From: a virus
Taxonomy: Duplodnaviria; Caudoviricetes
Reading direction: 5' to 3' (one strand)
Virus record (IMG/VR): IMGVR_UViG_3300005764_000028
Location: 1 to 45,945 of that record
DNA length: 45,945 nt
The notes under the pieces were generated by a model. It saw only the letters and a list, made by a program, of their open reading frames with translations. It was not told the DNA's origin and made no database searches. The position numbers and the translations under genes were made by a program. Of this stretch, positions 23,267 through 32,408 are shown one piece after another (the first letter of the stretch is position 1; every line of letters begins with the position of its first letter).

Positions 23267-24409
23267 TCACGACACCGCCCGCAGCGCGGACTTGTTGCGG
23301 CCGAGCGCCTCCTGCTCGGCGTCGAGCCAGAAGTCCCACCACTCGTCGGCCGTATCGATGACGTGCGAGTAGGCGCTGCGCTGCTTCAGCGACGCGTGGC
23401 CCGTCCACTCGCGGATCTGCACGTCGTTGATCTTCATCGCGCCCCACAGCGACACGCGGCGGTGGCGCATCAGGTGCGGATGGACGTGCGGTGCGCCGGT
23501 CTTCTTCGCGGCGCGCTCCAGCGCCCTGCGGAGCCCCGTCTCGCCGCACCAGCCGAACGGCTTCGCGGCGTCGTTGCAGCGGGCCTCCTCGTACAGCCCG
23601 CGCAGGTGGGTCACGAACTCGTCGGGCAGCGGCAGCGTCCGCTCCCCGGTGGAGCCGCCCTTCGTGATCTCCTCGGGGATGAACAGCGTGCGGGTGGCGA
23701 AGTTGACGTTCTCGAAGGTGATCCCGCGAAGCTCGCACAGCCGCAGCCCGAAGCACTCGGCGAAGCGGATCACGATCACCCACTTCGTCGGCGTCAGCGC
23801 CGCGAGCAGCGCCTGCCACTGCGACCCCTTCGGCATGACCTTCTTCTTCTTCGGCTGCACGGGGATCTCGACGCCCTTGCGCGCCGTCTCGCGCTGCTCG
23901 TTGACGACCCCGGCGTGCGTCAGCGCGAGGCTCAGCCGGGTCAGGTACTTCTCCAGGGTGCCCGCGCCGTACTCGAACTTGCCGTCGGCGCCGGGGGTGC
24001 CGAGCTTCGTGACGATCGCCTGAAGGTCGTTGCGGGTCACCGTGCGCGGGTCAGTGTTGGCGCCAAGGAACTGGCACCAGAACTTGCTGGCCGACTTGTC
24101 GCCGACCCTCGTGGACTCCTTCTTGCTGACCCGCGACTCCTTCCACGCGGCGAACATGGAGGCGATCGTAAGCGCCGTCTCGCGCTCGCGACCGACCTTC
24201 GTCAGCGACACCTTCGGGTCGTTGCCGTTCAGCAACTCGCGCCACACGCTCTCCAGCAGGGCGTTGGCGAGCGACTTGCGGTTGCGGCCGTAGAACGACC
24301 CGGCGACGATCTGCCTGCGGCTGCGGTCACCGGGAAGCCGGTAGACCACCTCCGTCTTGATCTTGCCCTTCTTGCCGACGCGGTCCTGCGGCCAAGGCTT
24401 CGGGATCAT
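23267..24409 (-). CDS. int: Tyrosine integrase
   Basis: Catalytic R (GLR-x-x-E), K (TKGG), HLMRH, GH, Y (SAYSH); ATG 24409 with GAGAGAGGTG RBS. Confidence 0.92.
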   Translation of the reverse strand: MIPKPWPQDRVGKKGKIKTEVVYRLPGDRSRRQIVAGSFYGRNRKSLANALLESVWRELLNGNDPKVSLTKVGRERETALTIASMFAAWKESRVSKKESTRVGDKSASKFWCQFLGANTDPRTVTRNDLQAIVTKLGTPGADGKFEYGAGTLEKYLTRLSLALTHAGVVNEQRETARKGVEIPVQPKKKKVMPKGSQWQALLAALTPTKWVIVIRFAECFGLRLCELRGITFENVNFATRTLFIPEEITKGGSTGERTLPLPDEFVTHLRGLYEEARCNDAAKPFGWCGETGLRRALERAAKKTGAPHVHPHLMRHRRVSLWGAMKINDVQIREWTGHASLKQRSAYSHVIDTADEWWDFWLDAEQEALGRNKSALRAVS

Positions 24410-24607
24410 GCGACACCTCTCTCTCACGACAGTGCTGCTCGCTGGCGGCTCTATCCTCGACTGGAGGAGCGCGAACAGCTGACTTCTCTCAACGTAGTGG
24501 CGTCGGCCAATTTCTGCAAGAGGCAGTTCCGACATCAGCAACTCGGCGCAATGTCTGGACACGCCCAGCATCCGCATGATCTCGGGGCATCCAACCAGCT
24601 GGGTCAT
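24410..24607 (-). CDS. Excisionase-like HTH in frame with, and not separated by a stop from, the integrase
   Basis: ATG 24607 (ATGA overlap, GGAG RBS); LVGCPEIMRMLGVSR...LP...IGRRHYVERSQL. Confidence 0.65.
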
Positions 24608-24777
24608 GTCTGCTCCGCGACGAGCCGCACGAGGTCGTCCAGCTTGTCCGCGATCGCGACGAGGGCAACCGCGATCTTCTGGTCGGTGTCCATTGTCTGC
24701 TCGGTCGCAGCGATCACGGCCGCACCCAGCCAGTCGCCACCGTCCAGTGCGTCCCAAAACTCGTTCGATCCAGTCAC
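24604..24777 (-). CDS. Small hypothetical protein (57 aa)
   Basis: GTGA overlap, GGAGG RBS; AVALVAIADKL motif. Confidence 0.65.
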   Translation of the reverse strand: MTGSNEFWDALDGGDWLGAAVIAATEQTMDTDQKIAVALVAIADKLDDLVRLVAEQT

Positions 24778-26978
24778 GCCGGCACCTCCACCGCAGCGCC
24801 TACGACAGCCGACGCGCCGTCGGCGCCCCGCTCGACCGTGATCGTCTGCGCGAACGACTCCCGCAGCGCGTCGTCGTGTGAGATCAGCAGCACCTTCGAG
24901 AAGCCGTAGCGGTCGCGCATCTCCTCGACCACCTCGACCAGCGCGGCGCGGCCCTGCACGTCGAGCCCGTCCGGCTCGTCCACCGCGAACACCTCGCAGT
25001 GCGCGCCGTGCGTGAGCAGCAGCTGCGCGAGCCCGATCCGCACGGCGAGGTCGAGGCGCATCCGCTCGCCGCCGCTCCACATCTCGTAGGCAAGCTCGCC
25101 GCCGTCGGGGGTGTGGATCACGATGTCGAGCGTGTCGCGCAGCTGCTCGCTCGTCTTCAGCGCCCGCTGCGTGCGTAGCTCGACACGGCAGCTGGCCGTC
25201 TCGGAGCCGAGTCGCTCCAGCACCTCCTGCGCCCGCGTCTCGATCAGCGGGATCGCGTTCTCGATGATCAGCAGCGGGATCCCCGTCGGCGCGAACATCT
25301 CGGCGACGACCGACAGCAGATGCTGGTCGGCGGTCGCGGCGTCGAGCGCGTCGAGGGTGGCACGCAGCCGCCGCTCCTCCTCGTGGAGGCGGGCAACCTC
25401 GTGCTGGGCGGCGGCGAGGTTCCGGTCGTTCGCGGCCGTCCGCTCCTGCTGCTCGCGGAGGTATGCGCCAGCGCGTGATGCAGCGGTGCGTAGCGCCTCG
25501 AAGTCGAGCGCCTCGACGGCGTCGGCGGCTTCACGGTAGGCGCGCTTCGCCATCACGGCGTCGATCCGAGCTTCGTTGAGGTCGTCCTCGTCGGGCGGCT
25601 CCACCTTCTCCAACTGCTCGATGTGCGCCCGCGTCTCGATCAGCCCGTTGAGGGCGGTGCGCGCGTCAGCCAGCGCACGCACCGCCACGTCGAGCGCGCC
25701 CTCGTCCGGCCTCGGCGGCTGCGCCGGCACCTCTGGGAAGGCGACGCACAGCGCCCGGTCGGCTAGGCCCGAGGCGATCTCGTCAAGGTCGGCGGCAGCC
25801 TCCTGCCTCGCCTTCACCGACTCGGCGAGCGCCTCCATGCCGAGCATCTGCTTGCACTCCCGGCAGCGAACAGTGCCCGGTCCGACGGCTGCGTCTTCGA
25901 GCGCCTCGGCGCGGGTGCGCTCGGCGAGGGCGCGCTGGTCGGCGGCGAGCGCCAGCAGGTCGCTGTGCTGCCGCTCAGCCTCTTCGCGGGCTCGAACGGC
26001 CGACGCGTGAACGTGACAGCGATGCTCGAACATCTGCTGCTCGCCGCGTCGCTGCTCCACCTCGGCCTCCAGCCGGGGCAGCGGCGCAACCGCGTGCTCC
26101 AGCGCCGGGACACGCCGCCGCTCGATCGCGAGCCTCGACTTCGCCTCGCGCGCCACGTCGGCCGCGCGCTCCAGCGCCACGAGCTTCTCCTCGGCCCGTC
26201 CGCGCTCGGCGTCGAGAACACGAAGCTCCTGCTGCTGCGCCTGCGCCTCGGCGAGCGCATGGGAAGCCTCGTCCCGTTTCCCCTCGGCGAGCGTGAGCGC
26301 GTCGAGGAGCCGCTCGTGCTGCTCGGCGAGGACGGCTTCGCGCTCGACCGCCACGGGGATCCCCGCTACCTCGCCTTCAAGCAGACCGGCGGCGCCCGAG
26401 TACTCCGCGATCGTGTGCTCCATGCCACGCCGAAGCTCCTTCGCCCGCTCGTGGGCGCGCTCGTACACGTCGAGCCCGCCGATCGTGTTGCGGAGGATCT
26501 CCATGCGCTCGGCCGGACGCGCGCTCGTGAGCGCAGCTGCGTCGCCCTGGGCGAGGTAGGCGGATGCCCTCCACGTTGCCCGCGTGAGCCCCAGCGTGGC
26601 CTCCAGGCGCTCCTGGGTGGCCTTCTGGCTCTCTCGCGTCAGCGGCTCCCACGAGCGGTCGTCGGGCGTTGCGCGTACACCGTGAGCGTCACACTCGCGG
26701 TCGAAGTCGAAGAAGCTACGTCCGCCGTGCAGCCCGCGGCGCACCCGATACGCCTCGCCGCCGTGCTCGAACTCAACCTCGATCGTGAGGTCGTCGGCCC
26801 CGCGACGCAGGTACGGCTCAAGGGACCGAGCACCGAAGAAGGCGATGTCGATCGCCGTGAGCAGGCTCGACTTCCCGGCGCCGTTGGGGCCGACGATCGC
26901 CGTGGCACCATCGGGCAGCGGAAGGTCGAGCCGCTCGTAGCTGCGGAAGTTCCACAGCCGGATGCAGAGGACGTTCAC
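24774..26978 (-). CDS. sbcC: SbcC/Rad50-like SMC ATPase
   Basis: NFRSY, Walker A GPNGAGKSS, Q-loop LAQG, coiled coil with CREC zinc hook, signature SGGE, Walker B AVDEP, ISH. Confidence 0.93.
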   Translation of the reverse strand: MNVLCIRLWNFRSYERLDLPLPDGATAIVGPNGAGKSSLLTAIDIAFFGARSLEPYLRRGADDLTIEVEFEHGGEAYRVRRGLHGGRSFFDFDRECDAHGVRATPDDRSWEPLTRESQKATQERLEATLGLTRATWRASAYLAQGDAAALTSARPAERMEILRNTIGGLDVYERAHERAKELRRGMEHTIAEYSGAAGLLEGEVAGIPVAVEREAVLAEQHERLLDALTLAEGKRDEASHALAEAQAQQQELRVLDAERGRAEEKLVALERAADVAREAKSRLAIERRRVPALEHAVAPLPRLEAEVEQRRGEQQMFEHRCHVHASAVRAREEAERQHSDLLALAADQRALAERTRAEALEDAAVGPGTVRCRECKQMLGMEALAESVKARQEAAADLDEIASGLADRALCVAFPEVPAQPPRPDEGALDVAVRALADARTALNGLIETRAHIEQLEKVEPPDEDDLNEARIDAVMAKRAYREAADAVEALDFEALRTAASRAGAYLREQQERTAANDRNLAAAQHEVARLHEEERRLRATLDALDAATADQHLLSVVAEMFAPTGIPLLIIENAIPLIETRAQEVLERLGSETASCRVELRTQRALKTSEQLRDTLDIVIHTPDGGELAYEMWSGGERMRLDLAVRIGLAQLLLTHGAHCEVFAVDEPDGLDVQGRAALVEVVEEMRDRYGFSKVLLISHDDALRESFAQTITVERGADGASAVVGAAVEVPA

Positions 26979-27970
26979 CGGATCACTCGCAGCTTCGGCA
27001 CGTCGTAGCTGCTTGTCCTGATTGCGGGCGTCCCGGTCATGCAGTAGTCGCGGTACTCGGTGTCGTTCAGGATCCGCAGCAGCTGCTCGGACTGGGCGCG
27101 GGCCCGCTCCAGCAGTTCGCGGACGTAGCTGATCCAGTTGTTGTCGTCGTGCTCCAGCGCCTCGTGGACGTTCCACGCGAACCGGTTCGGGAAGTCGCCG
27201 CCCTGGAAGCACTCGATCCAGTGCCGCGTGTCGAGCGCGATCAGCGACGTGCGGTAGGCGGGCGGCGTCGGATCAAGCGCCGGCACTTCCATGATCGGCT
27301 CCCGTTTCCGTTCGTCCGGGTCGCTGCGCCAGTCGATCGGCGCAGGCGTGTCCCGACGCATGCTGTTCGTCGGGCGGCGCTTGTGACCGGCCTTCGTGAG
27401 CCCAAGCTCCTGCGCGTCTCTCGCCGCCGTACTCGTGGCGATGCCGAGCGCCGGGCCGATCGTCTCGAAGTTGTAGCCCTGCCTGAAGAGAAACGTCACG
27501 GCGGCACGCCGACGCCGGACCTGCTCGGGCGTCAAACGCTTGCCGGGGCGGCGGCGATCATCCTTACCAACGACTGTTGCATCTGCACCAGTCGGGTTTG
27601 CGAGGAGGTCACGGCGAACCTGATGGCGGCTGACACCGATGCACTCCCCGATGCGAGCGTACGACCAGTCGAGATCCTCCCGTAGCAGCCGCTCCGCTGC
27701 GACACGCTGCTCGCGGTCGATCCGGCGGTTCGGGTTGTCGATAACCGCAGCCGAGACTTGGTCGGCAAGCGATCCCCCGACCATCTGTTGCGGGCAGTCG
27801 AGCCCAAGCTCCTCCGCGATGCGCTTGCGGTTGCGTCCGGCGACCACGACGCCGTCGGGCGTCACGAGGATCGCGTGCCGGACGCCGTTCGCCTGGATGT
27901 CGTCGCGGAGCGCCTCGTACTGCTCCTCGGTCAACGGCTCGTACAGCGTGGCGAAGTCGATCTCGGTCAT
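26975..27970 (-). CDS. ParB-N-domain protein with two HTH motifs
   Basis: L-x-x-EQY-x-AL-x-x-DI-x-x-NG...I...G..VAGRNR; WSYARIGECIGVS-x-x-x-V-x-RDL; second HTH IGPALGIATSTAARD. Confidence 0.8.
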   Translation of the reverse strand: MTEIDFATLYEPLTEEQYEALRDDIQANGVRHAILVTPDGVVVAGRNRKRIAEELGLDCPQQMVGGSLADQVSAAVIDNPNRRIDREQRVAAERLLREDLDWSYARIGECIGVSRHQVRRDLLANPTGADATVVGKDDRRRPGKRLTPEQVRRRRAAVTFLFRQGYNFETIGPALGIATSTAARDAQELGLTKAGHKRRPTNSMRRDTPAPIDWRSDPDERKREPIMEVPALDPTPPAYRTSLIALDTRHWIECFQGGDFPNRFAWNVHEALEHDDNNWISYVRELLERARAQSEQLLRILNDTEYRDYCMTGTPAIRTSSYDVPKLRVIR

Positions 27971-28806
27971 AGCGAGATCCTCGCCTTCGCCGACCGCAGC
28001 GCCTTGTTGTACCGGGTGACGAGCGCCTCGGCGATCAGCTGGTGCGCGGGCTGCTCCGCGACGGCCGAGCCGTGCGCGATCCACTGCTGAGCAACGCGGT
28101 CGCGCAGCACCTTGGAGATCCGGTGCTGGTTCATGTGCGGGTTGCGGATGACCAGCACGCCGACGGCACGCACGAGATCGCGATTCCAGCGGGCCGATGC
28201 AGAGTCGATGCTGTCCGGCGGGTACGCCTCCTCGATGACATCGAGGAGCCTGTCGAGCATCTCCGCGCCGACCTCTGGGGTGAACTGGCCGTGGTGGATC
28301 AGACGGCGGATCTCGCCCACGCACTTGATCGAGGTGGGCGACGGGGCGGCGCCGAGCCGCAGCCCGTGCATGCGGAGAACCTCGTCGGCCTGGACTTCGT
28401 GCGGCTCGCCCTTCCGCACCAGCAACTCCCACTTCTGAAGCAGCGTGTGCGCTCGGCGGCTGGACGTGATCGCGAGCGCGAGCCCGGACTCTTCTCCGAT
28501 CTCCAGCCCATCGGGAAGGACGAAAACCCAGACCAGCGTCTCCGGGTCACGGCGCTGCATGGCGAGGACGCGGTGCTGGGCCTCCACGACGCGGAACCGA
28601 CCGTCGAGCAGCCTGACACACGTCGGCGCTTCCACAAGCTCCCACCTGAAGTCGTTGGCGATCTGGTCTACGCGGTCGGGATTGGTTTCGCGCTGCGCGT
28701 TGCGATCGACCACGAGATCGCCCACACGCACTCGTAGAAGTTCCCGCGGGTCAGGGGGCAACGCCCCCCGCCGGTCGCGAATCGGATGAGTTGCAGGGAC
28801 AGCCAT
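27967..28806 (-). CDS. ParB/Srx-fold protein (DGQHR-like variant EAQHR)
   Basis: L-x-VD...QR....RV..IA..F-x-W...VVEAQHRV-x-A. Confidence 0.7.
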   Translation of the reverse strand: MAVPATHPIRDRRGALPPDPRELLRVRVGDLVVDRNAQRETNPDRVDQIANDFRWELVEAPTCVRLLDGRFRVVEAQHRVLAMQRRDPETLVWVFVLPDGLEIGEESGLALAITSSRRAHTLLQKWELLVRKGEPHEVQADEVLRMHGLRLGAAPSPTSIKCVGEIRRLIHHGQFTPEVGAEMLDRLLDVIEEAYPPDSIDSASARWNRDLVRAVGVLVIRNPHMNQHRISKVLRDRVAQQWIAHGSAVAEQPAHQLIAEALVTRYNKALRSAKARISL

Positions 28807-28830
28807 ACGGCCTGCTCCTTTCTCTCGCGG

Positions 28831-29937
28831 CTACGCCGCCGCCTCTTTCAGGATCTGTCGGCCCCGCTCGCGGAGCCCCGGCACCTCCTTCTTGCTGGCC
28901 TCGATCCACGCGTCGATCGCGTCGAACGGGTGCAGCGCACCCATGTTCTCCACGCGCGCGCGCGAGGCGCGCTCGATCGTCGGGACGATCTGCACGCTCG
29001 CGGCGCCAGCGGCTAGCAACTCACGCCGGATCTCCGCGTGGTCGATACGACGCGCCTGCTCCTCGGTGGCTCGGTACCGGAACCTCACGACGGCGCCGGT
29101 CACGTCCGGCGCGACCGTCCGCTCGTTCTGCGTGAAGTCCTCCTCGATCGTCAGGAACGGCCGATAGTCCAATTCCACGAACTCGGCCTCACCGTCTTCC
29201 CAGATCCAGCAGCCATGCGGGTCGTTCTCCTCGCCGTGGTCGAGACAGAGCGGCGAGCCGACGGAGTACGCCTCGCGGGTGATGCGACCCGGCGAGTGGA
29301 CGTGACCGAAAAAGCAGGCGTCGAAGCCCATGCGGTCAAGCTCTTCGACGGGGAACAGAGGCTCGTGAAGCGCGTCGGTCGGCAGGCCCGTGGGGAGCCG
29401 CCAGCCGGTCGTCGCCCAGTGCCCGAGCAAGATGCACGGCAGGTCGGGGCGGAAGCGGCGCGCGCTCTCGCGGAGGTCTTCGGCGATCTGCATAAGCAGT
29501 TCGGGCACGGCCGCGTCGGAGCCGTTCCCGCTCGCCCGCAGACGTGCCGGCGATACCCACGGCAGGCAGCAGACGGCTGCGCCACCGACCGGCACGACGC
29601 CTGGATTGGCGCGTGCGATCAGCAGCCCCCCGCCGAGTTCGCTGCCGACAAGCTCGATCGCGCTGGGCACATCGCCGCGCGCAACGTCGTGGTTCCCGTT
29701 GATCGCCACGACCGGCACGGGATAGCCCACGAGCGGTCGCTGAAAGGCGGCGCGCTCTGCCGAACTGGGGTTGCGTAGCTCGCAGGCGTCGCCTGCGAAC
29801 AACACGGCATCGCAGTTGTGTGCGACAGCGAGGTTGAGCGCCTGCTGCCAGCTGGACTCCTGATCAGCGAGCCGCTCGGCGTACATGTCGCGCGACTTGC
29901 CGATGTGCGTGTCGGCCACGACGAGCAGGCGAGTCAC
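28831..29937 (-). CDS. sbcD: SbcD/Mre11-like metallophosphoesterase nuclease
   Basis: ADTHIG, FAGD, GNHD, LGH, FGHVH, GSP; GTG 29937. Confidence 0.92.
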   Translation of the reverse strand: MTRLLVVADTHIGKSRDMYAERLADQESSWQQALNLAVAHNCDAVLFAGDACELRNPSSAERAAFQRPLVGYPVPVVAINGNHDVARGDVPSAIELVGSELGGGLLIARANPGVVPVGGAAVCCLPWVSPARLRASGNGSDAAVPELLMQIAEDLRESARRFRPDLPCILLGHWATTGWRLPTGLPTDALHEPLFPVEELDRMGFDACFFGHVHSPGRITREAYSVGSPLCLDHGEENDPHGCWIWEDGEAEFVELDYRPFLTIEEDFTQNERTVAPDVTGAVVRFRYRATEEQARRIDHAEIRRELLAAGAASVQIVPTIERASRARVENMGALHPFDAIDAWIEASKKEVPGLRERGRQILKEAAA

Positions 29938-30095
29938 TGGATCACCGCTCGGGCGTAGCCCTGCGCCACCCGCTTCGCGTACTCGTCGCTGCACCCGAGC
30001 GCCCGCAGCTGCGACTCGACCTTCGTCGCCCACTGGGCTGCTCGATGGTAGGCGAGCGTGAAGCTCGTGCCGTCAGGCTTCTCGTAGCGGATCAT
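29934..30095 (-). CDS. Small hypothetical protein (53 aa)
   Basis: ATGA/GTGA couplings. Confidence 0.55.
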   Translation of the reverse strand: MIRYEKPDGTSFTLAYHRAAQWATKVESQLRALGCSDEYAKRVAQGYARAVIQ

Positions 30096-30301
30096 GTGGC
30101 TGCGCCACGCAGACCCCGCCGCTGGAGCCACTCGATTGTGCCTGCGAACGTGTCGAGCGCGATCTGCTGCGCTTCCTTCACGGCCTCACGCGAGTCGCCG
30201 GACACGATCTTGATCTCGACGCGCGGCTCCTTCGCCGTCTCGATGATCTTGATGCTGGAGCCGACCTCGGTCTGCTCGCGCTCGTGGACGTACTCGGTCA
30301 C
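30092..30301 (-). CDS. Small hypothetical protein (69 aa)
   Basis: GTG 30301; SSIKIIETAKEPRVEIKI. Confidence 0.6.
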   Translation of the reverse strand: MTEYVHEREQTEVGSSIKIIETAKEPRVEIKIVSGDSREAVKEAQQIALDTFAGTIEWLQRRGLRGAAT

Positions 30302-31521
30302 GAGGGCAGTCCTTCGGTGAAGACGCGGAGCGCCTCCACGAACTCGGGCGGCTCCCGCCAGTCCGATGCCGCCCACCGCAGGTAGTCGCGGCCGTCGTCG
30401 GTGCGCGCGATGTCGATCAGCTGCTGGTTGCGGAACCTGCCGGACGGGAACGCGAACGCCCCGGCCTGCTCGACGGTCATCCTCGCCGTCTCCGGGATCG
30501 GGTAGGCGGTGGAGCCGATCGGCTCCTCGACGTACACGCGGTCCTGCGGCGGCTCCTCGTCGGGCTCCCACGCGCCGACGGGCTCGTCGGGCCACTCGGG
30601 AAGGGATGCCGTGGAGGACGACGACTCGCCCGAGAGAGAGCGGTGCGTCGAGACGGAGTCGGTTGGTGTCAGCGGGCTGTCAGGCCGCTCCGACACCGCC
30701 TGTGGTTCCTCCGCGGCAGTCTCACCATAGAGCAAGGCGCGCGCGGCGCCACCCCTCTGCGGCACAAGTTCGTGGTGGCGCTCCAGCCGCGCGTACACCT
30801 CGTCCAGCGACTCGGGGAGCCACAGGTCGAGGACGTACAGCGGCGCCTTGATCCCGAGCGGCGTCAGCATCGTGGACGGCTTCAGCACGAGCTTCGGGCG
30901 GACGGCCACCATCGCGTACGAGCCCAGCTGCGCGTAGATGTCGGTCGCCGTGTCCCAGATCGTGTCCATCGACTCCTTGCCGCGCGTCGCGACCTGCGCC
31001 ATGCCGCCGAGCCCGAGGACGTTGGGGATGCCGAACGACACGAGCATCTGGAGGTACACGTCGAGGTCGCGCGCGATCGGGTCGTCCACGCCGCTGATCG
31101 CCGCCTCGCGCACGACGAGCCGCGCGTCCTTGCCCTCGCCCTCGCGCTCGAAGACGGTCAGCGTGTCCGGCCCGCCGAGCCTGCCGAGGGTCGCGAAGTT
31201 GGCCGCGCCGACGGCGCGGAGGAAGTCGCCCGCGAAGGCGACGTGACGGATCGTGAGGAACCCGGCGAGGGAGCCGGGGAGCCGGATGTCCACGGCGCGC
31301 GGCCGGTCGCCGTAGACGGCCATGAACTTGGCGACGGCGCGGTCGTCGCCGCGCGGCAGGAAGTGGTCGGTCTTGACCGGCGCCCCGCTGCGCTGCTCGT
31401 CCTGGTAGCCGAGCGCCAGCCGCAGCTGCGGGCGGCGGCGCTGGCCGAGCGCGCGTCCTGGCCCGTGGGACGGGAGGTCGAGCGCCGCCTCGGCGGCGCG
31501 GACTTCGAGGTCGTTGCTCAT
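30298..31521 (-). CDS. Recombination-associated protein (Gp3-like/RDF-like family) with an acidic linker and small C-terminal domain
   Basis: RLALG...G-x-P-x-K-x-DHF...F-x-x-x-YG-x-x-P N-terminal pattern; C-terminal FPSGRF-x-x-x-x-L-x-DI...YL-x-W; upstream of sbcD. Confidence 0.55.
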   Translation of the reverse strand: MSNDLEVRAAEAALDLPSHGPGRALGQRRRPQLRLALGYQDEQRSGAPVKTDHFLPRGDDRAVAKFMAVYGDRPRAVDIRLPGSLAGFLTIRHVAFAGDFLRAVGAANFATLGRLGGPDTLTVFEREGEGKDARLVVREAAISGVDDPIARDLDVYLQMLVSFGIPNVLGLGGMAQVATRGKESMDTIWDTATDIYAQLGSYAMVAVRPKLVLKPSTMLTPLGIKAPLYVLDLWLPESLDEVYARLERHHELVPQRGGAARALLYGETAAEEPQAVSERPDSPLTPTDSVSTHRSLSGESSSSTASLPEWPDEPVGAWEPDEEPPQDRVYVEEPIGSTAYPIPETARMTVEQAGAFAFPSGRFRNQQLIDIARTDDGRDYLRWAASDWREPPEFVEALRVFTEGLPS

Positions 31522-31685
31522 CGGAGAGCGCGAGCCTCGGAGTAGTTCGGGTCGAGCGTGAGGAGGTCGCGGTGCTCGGGGCAGACGAGCCCGTAGCAGG
31601 GCTTGTCGCAGTACGCGCAGCGCCGGTACGTCTCCTTCGGCCGGGTCGCGACGAGGTCGCGCACGAGGCGGCGCTGCTCGTTCAC
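31518..31685 (-). CDS. Small Zn-finger protein (CAYC..C...C..H)
   Basis: GTGA overlap; RRCAYCDKPCYGLVCPEHRDL. Confidence 0.65.
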   Translation of the reverse strand: MNEQRRLVRDLVATRPKETYRRCAYCDKPCYGLVCPEHRDLLTLDPNYSEARALR

Positions 31686-31873
31686 TTCTTGCCCTCCAGC
31701 ACCGCGTCCACCCACTCGGGGCGGACACGAACGATGTGCGGCGAGGGCTGAGCGACCCGTAGGCGCCCCTCTTGGATCCATGTGTTGATCGTGCGGAGGC
31801 TGACCCTCGCGTAGTCCGCCGCCTCCTGCTTGGTGAACCACCTCTCGGACTGCGGTCGCTCCACGACGCTCAT
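31682..31873 (-). CDS. Excisionase/Cro-like HTH (MerR-type) protein
   Basis: FTKQEAADYARVSLRTINTWIQEGRL; AAGGAGGGG RBS. Confidence 0.88.
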   Translation of the reverse strand: MSVVERPQSERWFTKQEAADYARVSLRTINTWIQEGRLRVAQPSPHIVRVRPEWVDAVLEGKK

Positions 31874-31896
31874 CGCCCCTCCTTCGCTGGGGGCGG

Positions 31897-31925
31897 TTTC
31901 TACGTCGTGTTCGGCCCGATCGCAA
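31897..31925 (-). promoter_or_regulatory. Candidate sigma70-type promoter for the leftward recombination/replication operon
   Basis: TTGCGA-17 nt-TAGAAA on the minus strand. Confidence 0.45.
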
Positions 31926-31964
31926 GGGCCGCTGTTGCCTAAATGTGCCCGCTATTGCACGCGT

Positions 31965-32001
31965 TGACGACCTATGACGACCTATGACGACCTATGACGA
32001 C
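31965..32001. repeat. Tandem 10-bp repeat (TGACGACCTA)x3.7
   Basis: tgacgaccta tgacgaccta tgacgaccta tgacgac, perfect copies in the intergenic control region. Confidence 0.9.
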
Positions 32002-32032
32002 TGCTCTGAAAAGGTCGGACTTTGCGGGATAT

Positions 32033-32290
32033 TCACGTTCGAGGGTGCCTGGGCACGTGCTGACGCGCCTGTCTGCCTCGTGCCACCCAGCGTCGCACAG
32101 TCCCCTCGACCACCCCCACCGCGAGCGCGATCTGCCGTCGGCTCACTCCGCTCTCCACGGCAGCGAGAGTCTCCAGCCCCAGCGCGTCGGCGGCGTCCTC
32201 GGCGTCGGCGTCGGCCGAGTGCTTCAGGGCGAGCAGCGCCCGCAGACGCGCGACCGTTTCCGGCGCTGGTGGCTGCCCCCGTTTCGGCAT
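32033..32290 (-). CDS. Small HTH regulator (repressor-like), probably leaderless
   Basis: AVESGVSRRQIALAVGVVEGTVRRWV; TAACGT box ending 7 nt before the ATG. Confidence 0.75.
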   Translation of the reverse strand: MPKRGQPPAPETVARLRALLALKHSADADAEDAADALGLETLAAVESGVSRRQIALAVGVVEGTVRRWVARGRQARQHVPRHPRT

Positions 32291-32354
32291 TACCGAAACG
32301 TTATGTTCGGGGCATTGCAGGCTATTGCGTCGTATGGTACGCGCTTGCTAGGAT
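32281..32354. promoter_or_regulatory. Divergent control region: operator-like inverted repeat over the HTH start, and a rightward extended -10 promoter
   Basis: GTTTCGG catta CCGAAAC (32281-32299); TTGCGT-18 nt-TAGGAT with TG extension (32325-32354). Confidence 0.5.
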
Positions 32355-32408
32355 CGCCCTTCCCTTTGGCAGCAGGGCAGAAGTCGTAGCCGGGGAGAAA
32401 GGGGCTAG

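Noticed and set aside
31965-32001. Possible CRISPR array
   Set aside because: Contiguous 10-bp units without spacers; no cas genes
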